In this document: positions 53,751-64,000 of the stretch, in pieces | How positions within the stretch are numbered: the first letter of the stretch is position 1 | How the letters are laid out: each line of letters begins with the position of its first letter | Source of the DNA: Tubiluchus corallicola | Lineage: Eukaryota > Animalia > Priapulida | DNA length: 64,000 nucleotides | Direction of reading: 5' to 3' | Assembly: GCA_030141605.1 (NCBI GenBank) | Contig: JAQGDQ010000734.1 | Coordinates: forward strand, 1 to 64,000 | Program-made: the position numbers and the translations under genes | Notes under the pieces: model-generated | The model's database searches: none | The model's input: the letters and a program-made list of their open reading frames with translations, nothing else | What the model was told of the DNA's origin: nothing

Positions 53751-54138
53751 CTTACCTCCTAATTAGTTCACAATTGCCAATGCATAAGAAATGAATTCAC
53801 GAAGTAGAAAAGGATTAGGATTAGGGTTAGGGTTAGGGTGGGTTAGGATTAGAGTATTTGAATTGTGTAGGGAATTGTAAACAAGTTCAGATTTTTTTGT
53901 TTCACTCGGCTTGTTAAATGCAGATCAAATGTTCATTTACTTATTTGCTTGTGTTTTTTGTTAATCAGATGAATTTGAAGTTTTTTGTAGAAAAATGACA
54001 AAACTCTTAGGCCTCAAGAATTTGTTGGATGACTTGCTGACATCAATATTAGTTGTAAAGAAAAATTATGAAAAATTTATCAAATAAATTGTTGAAATAA
54101 AACACATGAGCACATTTTCGATATCAAACATTTTTCAG

Positions 54139-54332
54139 CTCGGGAATTTCGAGTGGATCTTTCACCTTGGGCACAATATACATTCCGCATCATTGCACGA
54201 AATGAGATTGGCAACAGTGATCCAAGCGACGTAACAGACATCTGTGCCACGCCCGCTGCACGCCCGTCCAAGAATCCGGACAATGTGCGTGGCAATGGAA
54301 CTACTCCAAACAATCTTGTGATTAGCTGGGAT
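54139..54332 (+). CDS. Nrg: Neuroglian-like exon 15 (FnIII-1 C-half and start of FnIII-2)
   Basis: LSPWAQYTFRIIARNEIGNSDPS...RPSKNPDNVRGNGTTPNNLVISW, hallmark of the L1 family; phases 1-0. Confidence 0.95.
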
Positions 54333-55596
54333 GTACGTAGAACTTAATTTTTCTTATTAAAAATTTGGCAAATTTAAACGTTTTCATAATAATACAATTT
54401 GCTGATGCGAACTGATTTTATTTGTCGTTTTACCGGATGTTTTTGTCTGAATTACTTCTATATTTTAGCTTAAAATTAAATCTTATTTTTTATTGTTGTT
54501 TCCTTTCTCGTTAATGGTTTTTAGTGTTATGTTTTCATTTATTTATTTTATTCATAAATTAATCAATAACGATCCGGTTTCAAATCCCGAGATCTGGTAA
54601 TTTTAGTGGATCTCAATCCGATCATGATCCGGCAGAAATGTTTGTTCGATTTTCGCTGTTTGTATTTCTGTAAAGTGATTGTGAAAATAGCTAGTCTTGG
54701 TAGGAAAAAAATACACAACAGTTTCATCAGACTTGATTTTTTTAATAATTTGAAAGATTTCTTTTAAAATCCTCCATAATTTATGAAGATATCGCTTAGT
54801 TTTATGCTGCCGTGATTGTAATGCACGCAATTGTCGTTGTGAACGACCGAAAATCATAAAAAATACATTTAATTTGCAATTATATTAATAACCTGTAAAA
54901 CAGCTATTACTGTAGTAGATACGGCTTCTATCTATCTGTTACCTATTCTAAAAATGTGTTTAACCTAATAGTGAACGGTTGCTCTAGTTTTGCTATATTC
55001 TCTACTACCAGTTGGCTTTTACAACACATTATGTGCAGACATCATTTTACCTGTAAGCTGTGGAATTTCTGTCCAATTTCTGTGGAAACTTCTGTATCAA
55101 TAAACGTTTAAAGTATATTCTACTGTTATACCTTTTGTCAACACGACAGCAATACCAGCAATCTTCACACTGTGGTTTCTTGCTGAAAATAGCACGCAAA
55201 GATAGCGCTATTGCCGCAAAAACATCTGGTAAAAATTTAGAGCCATCTACTTCCATTAAAAGTATGTTTCATTGTTTTTGGTTTACACTCAACAAAAAGA
55301 GACGATACTATATGTGGCATATGTAATAAATGTTCAGATCAAGTGTTCAGAATTTCAGCACAGCAAAATTTCCCAGTGACCCTGAAAACGAACATCATTT
55401 ACATTAAACTGTAGGCTCGGAACCGGATCCGGATCCATCACATACTGGTACGGATCCCATCCGAGCCGGCAAAAAATATGCTTTGTTTTAGTGTTTAAAA
55501 TGTTGCCAGTTGTGACATCATTAACATCCATGTTTGATTCTTTCGTAGTTTAAAGAAATTTTATGACTTTGACGTTTCTGTTTGTTTCGTTTGAAG

Positions 55597-55834
55597 GAGA
55601 TGGAAATGTTGGAGCAGAATGGACCTGGATTCTTCTACCAGGTGGAGTACAAGCCGCACGGTGCCGGCGACGATGAATGGGTCACAGTCAACATCACTGA
55701 CCCAAAGAATACCTCAATAATGGTGCATCCAACGGACACGTATCAACCGTACGACATCCGTGTTGAGGCTCACAACGACATGGGTTCCGCCATCGTGCCT
55801 GCGGTGGAGATGGTTGGCTATTCGGGTGAAGACA
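55597..55834 (+). CDS. Nrg: Neuroglian-like exon 16 (FnIII-2)
   Basis: QNGPGFFYQV...TYQPYDIRVEAHNDMG...GYSGED motif; donor A|gtaagt, phase 1. Confidence 0.95.
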
Positions 55835-56160
55835 GTAAGTAAACAGCTGAAAATATTCAATCCACATACTGATACCCCTGTGTGCTTTTAGCCTCACATA
55901 CCCCTGTGTGCTTTTAGCCTCACATACCCCTGTGTGTACTTGTTAGTAGTTTTCCTGATCACTTGCTTCATTGTACTTCGTTGCTTTTGCTTACGTGATT
56001 TTTAAAATACATTTCCAAATCAGATCTTCGCAGCTGCAGATGAAACACGGTAGGATTTTTCTAATATTTTTCTGTACAGTCTTAATTATTTGACAACTGA
56101 ATTTATCTCTTATGTGTCTGGTGGACAGCATTTAAGCTGATAATACACCTCGAGTATTTG

Positions 56161-56400
56161 CAGTGTTCCCTTACTTATCGCGGGTGTTCCGTTGCAGGCC
56201 CACCCGCGATAAGTGAATTTCCGCGAAGTAGGGACTAATTTTAGTAGTCTCACGTCGGTTAGTAGCATCTCAAGCGGGCGCAAGTACTACATTTCGTTTT
56301 TGGTGTGTGTTCATCCGCCGAATAAATACACTATTTACTATACATAGTAATTTTTTATGATTTATAATATTCTTTTAATGTTAGAATTAATATTTTTAAT
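56161..56400 (+). mobile_element. pogo/Tigger-like transposon left-end remnant
   Basis: cagtgttcccttacttatcgcggg...cccgcgataagtgaatttccgcgaagtag, resembling pogo-type termini; no right end seen. Confidence 0.5.
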
Positions 56401-57202
56401 ATATTTTTATACATTTTGTGATTTCTTGTGCAAAGTCATCAAATCTATACATTACTGTACAATAAGAATTACGCATGTGCAAAATCATAATTGTAAGTTG
56501 ACCTAAAACGACAACAAAAATCAGGAGGAGGATGAAAGGAACATGTAAGATAGACTGAAATGAAAAGGCAAGAGAAAGCAGGATCAATTCAGTTATCCAG
56601 GGGAACTTGGTTAGTTATGTTAGTTTTTATTCGAATATAAAAAAATTCAAAGTGAATTGGCCGACTTGGCCTAGACTTCATTTTTGCTGTTTCATTATTA
56701 TAGACCTGTTTATTTAATTTATTTCCTAAATGCGATAAATAATATATTGTTACTTACGTTACAGTCAAAATGTTACAACTACAAAACAGAACAGAAATTA
56801 AAGTTTCACTAAATATTGAGAATCGGCACAGGCCAAGAAGGTAGACTTGTTCAGGCCTTAGGAGAGGCAAAATGGAGAGACATAGATGGGTGAAAATAAA
56901 GTAATCGGGGCGAATGAAATGCCAGTATGATTGTAAGAGTAATGATAATGACAAGTGAATGAGATGATTATGAAAATGAAGATTAGATTTCACATGAAAA
57001 TATAGGCCCAAAGAGAAGTAGATCAATCAGCCTGCTCATAAATTGCTACTATGATGTAAAACAGTCGTGTGTATAGATTTTAGGAACCAGTTTTTTGCCT
57101 TGGTACAAAATATTTTAAGTTAGCTGCAGAGCTTTTGTCACATTTATTTTATTGATGTTTATTTTTTGGTTTGTTTACTGCACCAAACATTTTTGTTTTC
57201 AG

Positions 57203-59523
57203 AATCCAATTACATTTCTGTGCCATCTCCACTACCTTCTCCATCGTCTACAACTCCATCGCCGTCAACAGTACCTCCACCATCTATTCCCGTGCGGAGT
57301 AACTTTTCAACTCATTCATCACGTAACCTTTCCCTGTCTGCCGTTCCTGACATCATCACCTCAATGTCGGACAGCCTCGCTACCATATCCAGTACACTGT
57401 CCACCATGTCGGACACCATTTCCTTCATGTCCAATGTCCTGTTGGACAAACCGGAAGCGGCATCCGCCGTGTCCGAGTCAATCTCTGCTATGTTGCCATC
57501 CATCTCGGCAATGTCGGACACCATTGTTACCATGACTGACACTCTTTCTGCCGTATCTGATACAGTGTCTACCCAATCACCGGTTAACTGTACACAAAGT
57601 GTGGATACGATGTCTTCTGCTTCCGACGTAGCTGAATCCGAGTCCGCTTCCCAGAATACAGTGTTAGATGAGACATCAAAGACGACGGATTTTGTATTTC
57701 CATTATCTGCATTCAGCACGGAAACGATTGTAGATTCTTACCTACCAAATAATCTAAGCAGAGATCCTAATGTCGACCCTTTCATTTTGCTTTCGAATGA
57801 GTCGTCTGTTGATGTTTCTCCACCGTCTTCAAAAACTTTGAACGTCTCTGACAAATCATCCACTTTTATTAACCTGAATTCTTCAGCAGTTGCTGACATG
57901 TTCATTTCGAAAACGGAACGATTGCCAGTCGAGGAAATAAACTTGCTTGTGGAGGCTGCAAGCTTGCCTCCTCTCAGTACTAATTCTTTTGCTATTACCG
58001 AAAGCTCATCAGCCCAGGTTTTGAGTTCTCCTGGAAATCAATTAAACCGTTCATCACTCAACACGCCACGCTCTTCTGCTAAGATTGCACACTCGCCTGC
58101 AAAGAGTGCAAGCTTATCTACTACATCTGAAAACGTACCCGTGCAATCTGCTGATGCATTTACTAAGACTGTAGGTGCATCTGCTGACATGCCATCTGAA
58201 CCTGCAAGATTACCAGGTGAGGTTGCAGATGCATTTGTGAAGAATGCAATCACATCTGTCCAGACTCCTATTTTATTTACGGAAACAGTAGATGCATCGT
58301 CTACTGATTCCGCAATCTTGTCTCGGACGAACTTTGGCACATCTGACAGTGCGTCTAGGACATCTACAAAAACTATGGAGAAGTCTTCAAGATTATCCTC
58401 GGACACTGTCCAATCAAGTCCATCATATTTAGAATACATTGCAAGTGCAACGTCTCAGCAAGCTGCTGTTGCAGTAGCTAATGCTATGAAGTTGTCCCAG
58501 CACCTTGGTGATTCAGTCGATGTTCCAACTGAAGATGTTGTTGAGCCTGCTAACACATCTCACTCTGTTTCTGAAGACCTTTCTTTGCTCACCTCCAGAG
58601 CTATTGACATGCGACAGAACTTCTCTAATGTACTGGTGACCCTGAATGCAATATCTGAAGCGCAGGAAATGATGTCTCAACCAAACTCTTTTGTCCCCGA
58701 CGTTCTAGCCATGATGGCCTCGGTCCTTTACTTGATATCGGAGACGTTTCCAGTTATGTCAGAGATAATTTCAGTGCTGCCAGAAACTGCCTTTACGGAG
58801 CCGGCTTCAGATTCCATGACTCCGACCGTTGTGGCTATGTCTGACACCATGTCCGTAATATCTGACACCCTCTCTGTGATGTCTAATACACTCGAAGCGA
58901 TGATTGTGGAAAATTTTACCGATTTGGTCGTCAATGCCACGTTGGACGACATTGATCCAGTCATGTCAGATGTGAATTCAACATTGCAAGACATCGTTTC
59001 TAGGATCAAAGATGTCAGTTTTTCAATTCGGACAATGAACAAAACAAAACCGAATTATGGCCCAAATAACGAAACCAAATCAACTTTCCAACTGATTAAT
59101 GAAACAAAGTTAAATTATGAAGTAAATAACAACACCAAGCTTAAGTACGGTCTGATTAACGAAACCAAGCTAATGCATGAACTAAACAATGAAACCGAAC
59201 TAAAATATGAACTGAATAATGAAAGCGAAGTGAATATTGAAAGCGAACTAAAATACGAACTGAATAATGAAACCAAATCAGAATACAGACTGAATAACGA
59301 AACCAAATCAGAATACAGACTGAATAATGAAACCGACTCATATGATGAAATGGAAACACTAGATACTAATTCGTCGTCTTTGGATCTCAATTCGTCAACA
59401 TTAGACGGTATTTTTGACGTCAAGCCAGAAGCTGACCTGTCTAATGCAACTTCGCCTCTTCTCTTTAATTTCTGGATTATACTCGAATTCGGCAATGGTA
59501 CCAGACCATTTGGAAGTACATAA
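57203..59523 (+). CDS. Candidate giant alternative (probably terminal) exon, about 773 aa, Ser/Thr-rich with heptad and N-x-T repeats
   Basis: 2.3-kb stop-free non-satellite frame; acceptor ttttgttttcag at 57202 is phase 1, in frame with exon 16; stop TAA 59521-59523; AATAAA at 59776. Confidence 0.72.
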
Positions 59524-59775
59524 TGGTTCTTTCCTTCCTTTTTCATAATTGATTGAACGTTATTTTACTCGTTTTTAGTTCCGTGTTATTGACAATTTTG
59601 ATTTGTACATTTTTGGAATTTTTGTACCTTTTTTAATTTTGTTGATTTTTTTGTTAATTAAGAGCTTAGGATTGAGGAAGTCATCAGCTTTTGAGATGAG
59701 TGCATTCGTTCTTTCCCGTCGGTTTGTTCCTTTTTAGAATCAGAAAAATTATAATTTTCTTATTAGGATTTGTGC

Positions 59776-59781
59776 AATAAA
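59776..59781 (+). promoter_or_regulatory. Putative intronic polyadenylation signal for the giant exon
   Basis: AATAAA about 250 nt after the stop, with a T-rich downstream tract; the hexamer is common in AT-rich DNA. Confidence 0.4.
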
Positions 59782-60549
59782 TTATTAGTTTATCAGTTTT
59801 TGATTTTTCTACTGGCTACTGCTGTCCACCTCCACCATCACGAGTACCACCATTTACATCAATATCAGCTTTATCACGTCATTTCAAAAATAGTTTTGTT
59901 TTGTATGAAATAATTTAAACATTTTGCAAAATATAAAGTAGAAAAGTCGTATAACAATACGTCATTGCTCATTCAGTAATAACAACAACATTTTCTGCAA
60001 GTCTCGTCCATGTTTTTGGCTTTACACGTTTTGTGGTCACTTTTTGGTCAACAGAGGACAGCACCACTGTTTATTTTCAGTAGCCTGATTCATGAAGTGT
60101 GCCTGCTATGTGCTGGTATTATTGCTACTAGTGAACTCGTCAGTTAATTTGCATATTAAGCATGACAGTATAGAGATGTGGTTCAGGCAGTGAAGTGATG
60201 GAGCGGTTTCTTTTATTCATTGACTGTCAGGATCATCTGCTTCCTCTGCTTCCTCGTTTTCTCTTCACTTAAAATATTAAATTACGTTGTTGTTGTTGTT
60301 ACTTGTTTGTTTTACTAAACCTATTTCAAATTGAGAATTTTGAGTATTATTTCTTTGTTAATGTTGCCTTAATGATGCTTGTTAGTACAACCACTATGTT
60401 GCGCACTTAGTTTAATTACAACAGTATAATTCACTGAAATCGTGTCATTAATGCTTTTTTTCTCAAACATTTACAGTTATGACATGTTTGAAGTTACTGT
60501 TGTTCATTCAATTATTCAGCCGACATATGTAGTATCCATGCTTTTCCAG

Positions 60550-60674
60550 AGCCGGAAGTAATCCCACAGGAATTCCAGGTGGCACGCGTGTTAGGTCCTC
60601 GCGAGGCAGAGTTTGCCTGGAAAAAAGTAGAAAATGACGTTAGCAAAATTAAGGGAGCTTTTGTCGGATACAAG
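60550..60674 (+). CDS. Nrg: Neuroglian-like exon 17 (FnIII-3 N-half)
   Basis: KPEVIPQEFQV...AEFAWKKV...IKGAFVGYK; ttttccag/gtaggt; phases 1-0. Confidence 0.9.
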
Positions 60675-60997
60675 GTAGGTTATAGTTTTTGTTTTTGACA
60701 GCTATTAGTTCTAGTGGTGAGTTCACATGTTTTGTTCCTTTGTTTCTTTTCTACTGTCTAATACTCTGATTATTTTTTCAAACTTTACACAATGTTATCT
60801 AAACTTGTTTCAAATGAGTTGTCATCAAAATAGCTGCGTCTAACGGTCATCGCGGAAGGTTAAATATACATGTCTTATACAGCGTTATCGCCGACGCAAG
60901 TCTGGCAAAATGCAAAATGCAGTATGTAAGTGGTATAAAACTGCAAGACGAATTTTTTAAGCTTATGTTAAGGTAGGGTTTTCTTGTGCTTTAAGGA

Positions 60998-60999
<2 letters not shown>

Positions 61000-61055
<56 letters not shown>
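61000..61055. repeat. (TA)n microsatellite
   Basis: Direct reading. Confidence 0.95.
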
Positions 61056-61058
<3 letters not shown>

Positions 61059-61390
61059 GTCATAACTTCTAAGTGGGTAGCATGTGTTGACTTTCTTTCT
61101 TGTCTGTGGTATTTTCTTCTTCTTTAAATAGCTTAAGTTGTACATTTTCACATTCATACACTTTCTCATTTATTCATTATCATTTATTTCAACATTCGTT
61201 ACAAGTAAAAGTGCATTCCGTTATAATCACACTTACATTAAAGTCAAAAAGTCTAGTCATGGAGAACACCACTAAAGCGACTTACCTTTTGAAGCCACAA
61301 TTTTTCAACAAGAAACAGTGCATTGCAGTGCCACCTATAGTAATGTTTTGAGTTTAGTTGAAGAGAATGATACTTTAACTTTTGTTTCAG

Positions 61391-61577
61391 ATTCGGACGT
61401 GGACGAAAGACGAGGGAAAGGATAAGGCCCGTGTGACACTGATCAAGCCTGACCAGACGACAGCCAAGGTGGAGAATCTCAAGCCTTTCTCGGAGGTTCA
61501 CGCAGAAATTGTGGTTTACAACGGCGTCTATGAAGGAGAGCCCAGCGAACAAGTTACATTTGAAACACCGGAAGGAC
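61391..61577 (+). CDS. Nrg: Neuroglian-like exon 18 (FnIII-3 C-half)
   Basis: LKPFS...VYNGVYEGEPSEQVTFETPEG; phases 0-1. Confidence 0.94.
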
Positions 61578-61629
61578 GTAAGGACAACTAGGCTCATATA
61601 CACTTGTTACAGCATTCAGAGTGCTAATA

Positions 61630-61777
61630 AAAATAGACATACAGAATTGTAAAAAACAGACATACAGCCTGGTGAAAATAGACATACAGAATTGTAAAAA
61701 AACAGACATACAGCCTTGTGAAAATAGACATACAGAATTGTAAAAAAACAGACATACAGCCTGGTGAAAATAGACAT
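61630..61777. repeat. About 47-bp tandem repeat, 3 copies
   Basis: aaaatagacatacagaattgtaaaaaacagacatacagcctggtg. Confidence 0.85.
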
Positions 61778-61906
61778 GCTGACTGGTAAAAAAGAGACGT
61801 ATTTAGCGGAAAAACAGACTTATTCACAGGTAAAAACAGGCATATTTAGTAGTAAAAATAGATGTACTAGATTGCTGTATTCATTGTGCTGTAATCGTTT
61901 CTTCAG

Positions 61907-62031
61907 CTCCTGGTCCAGTCAATGGTCTACAAGCTTACCCAATTGGATCAAATTCAATGTTGTTAGAGTGGCAGAAACCCATGGAACCGAATGGTAATCT
62001 CACTGGTTATGTGATCGTGTACCGGACTACG
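61907..62031 (+). CDS. Nrg: Neuroglian-like exon 19 (FnIII-4 N-half); gene continues beyond the window
   Basis: PPGPVNGLQAYPIGSNSMLLEWQKPMEPNGNLTGYVIVY; cttcag/gtaggt. Confidence 0.92.
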
Positions 62032-62511
62032 GTAGGTAACATTTATACCTTAAAACGCTGTTAGGCTAGAATAAATTAGGTAGTGGTTAGATTGAATGAA
62101 TTTAAAATTCACTGCGTTGAATAAAATTGTTAACGTTATTTCAAAATAGTTTGCTTTGGCTTGAATTGTGCAGAAAATGTAGCAGATAGAATGATCTTTC
62201 TATAATATCATTAATATAATTATTATGAAACAATTTCCGACTGTTTTTTCAGTGATTCTTACCTTCTTAAAATTTTTAGTCATTTTTCTAAAAATATCAT
62301 TAATATGTTACTGTTATTTATTATTCATCTAGTTTAAAACCATTATGGCCTTACAGGTACATGCAACTTTTGCTTCTTTTTAGTTTTGCTGTTGCATAAG
62401 CAGGTTAATTTGTTAGCTATTGTGCTTTTAATTAGTTAATTTTACCCATAGAGTTCTGCTTTTTTAATTTTTTCATTTTGTTTGTCCTAAATTTGCATAA
62501 TTTTATTTTCT

Positions 62512-63693
62512 GTAATTGTTTGCCATCAATTTAATTTTGATCTATTTTCCTTCCCATAATTGTTTGCCATCAATTTAATTTTGATCTATTTTCCTTCTCA
62601 TAATTGTTTGCCATCAATTTAATTTTGATCTATTTTCCTTCCCATAATTGTTTGCCATCAATTTAATTTTGATCTATTTTCCTTCCCATAATTGTTTGCC
62701 ATCAATTTAATTTTGATCTATTTTCCTTCCCATAATTGTTTGCCATCAATTTAATTTTGATCTATTTTCCTTCCCATAATTGTTTGCCATCAATTTAATT
62801 TTGATCTATTTTCCTTTTCATAATTGTTTGCCATCAATTTAATTTTGATCTATTTTCCTTCTCATAATTGTTTGCCATCAATTTAATTTTGATCTATTTT
62901 CCTTCCCATAATTGTTTGCCATCAATTTAATTTTGATCTATTTTCCTTTCCATAATTGTTTGCCATCAATTTAATTTTGATCTATTTTCCTTTTCATAAT
63001 TGTTTGCCATCAATTTAATTTTGATCTATTTTCCTTCTCATAATTGTTTGCCATCAATTTAATTTTGATCTATTTTCCTTCCCATAATTGTTTGCCATCA
63101 ATTTATTTTCGATCTATTTTCCTTCCCATAATTGTTTGCCATCAATTTATTTTCGATCTATTTTCCTTCCCATAATTGTTTGCCATCAATTTATTTTCGA
63201 TCTATTTTCCTTTCCATCATTGTTTGCTATCAATTTAATTTTGATCTATTTTCCTTTTCATAATTGTTTGCTATCAATTTAATTTTGATTTATTTTCCTT
63301 TTCGCAATTGTTTGCCATCAATTTAATTTTGATTTATTTTCCTTTTCATAATTGTTTGCCATCAATTTAATTTTGATCTATTTTCCTTTTCATAATTGTT
63401 TGCCATCAATTTAATTTTGATCTATTTCCTTTTCATAATTGTTTGCCATCAACTTAACTGCGGTCTATTTTCCTTTTCATAATTGTTTGCCATCAATTTA
63501 ATTTTGATCTATTTTCCTTTTCATAATTGTTTGCCATCAATTTAATTTTGATCTATTTCCTTTTCATAATTGTTTGCCATCAACTTAACTGCGATCTATT
63601 TTCCTTTTCATAATTGTTTGCCATCAATTTAATTTTGATCTATTTTCCTTTTCATAATTGTTTGCCATCAATTTAATTTTGATTTATTTTCCT
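62512..63693. repeat. 44-bp minisatellite, about 27 copies
   Basis: ataattgtttgccatcaatttaattttgatctattttccttccc. Confidence 0.96.
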
Positions 63694-64000
63694 ATTCTGT
63701 TCCTTATTTCATGATAATAATATTTGTTCGCCGTGCTGAAATTACTAGACTTACTATTTAGGGATGGCAGACTGGATGGCCATTTGGTGTTTCGCCATCC
63801 TGTCCTCCTTAAATTTTGTAACTTATTGTTATATACTATTCTGTGATTGTTATTTTGAAGACAAATAAATTATTATTATTATGATTGGCTTATCGGAATG
63901 ACTTGTTAAAATGGTAACCTTACTATATTGATGATGCCTGACCAGCTTAGACTATGATTAGATGAGGCTAATTTGAGCATCCTAATGCGCAAGTACTGTT

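Noticed and set aside
53815-53850. Telomere remnant
   Set aside because: Only 2-3 TTAGGG units; commonly part of interspersed repeats
52424-55834. Contactin, Dscam or Robo identity for the gene
   Set aside because: Six Ig domains plus GNLYFS, GTTPNNLVISW, NGPG and GYSGED motifs fit the L1/neuroglian family better; orthology still needs a phylogeny
57166-57202. Independent start of the 785-aa ORF
   Set aside because: The ORF-track start is a TTG inside the polypyrimidine tract; the splice acceptor explains the ORF boundary better

Overview
AT-rich, repeat-laden eukaryotic (invertebrate-like) genomic DNA; the species cannot be determined from the sequence. The window holds the 5' two-thirds of one + strand L1-family cell-adhesion gene (neuroglian/L1CAM/NrCAM-like). 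I traced 19 coding exons by hand from 24019 to 62031, all with GT-AG boundaries and matching phases: signal peptide, 6 Ig domains (2 exons each), FnIII-1 to FnIII-3 and the start of FnIII-4. The transmembrane and cytoplasmic exons lie beyond the window. The best candidate for something undescribed is a 2.3-kb open exon (57203-59523) in the FnIII-2/FnIII-3 intron. Its acceptor is in phase with the upstream exon, and it encodes about 773 aa of Ser/Thr-rich, heptad-repeat and N-glycosylation-repeat sequence, followed by a stop and an AATAAA. This predicts a secreted or stalk-extended isoform. Other oddities: a complex duplication that builds an in-frame 90-nt chimeric candidate exon, minisatellites that amplify the splice sites on both sides of one exon, palindromic elements with hammerhead-ribozyme-like cores, and two minisatellites apparently seeded by one dispersed element. 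The remainder is LINE fragments, MITEs, SINE heads and many micro/minisatellites. Exon coordinates were counted by hand; repeat boundaries are approximate.
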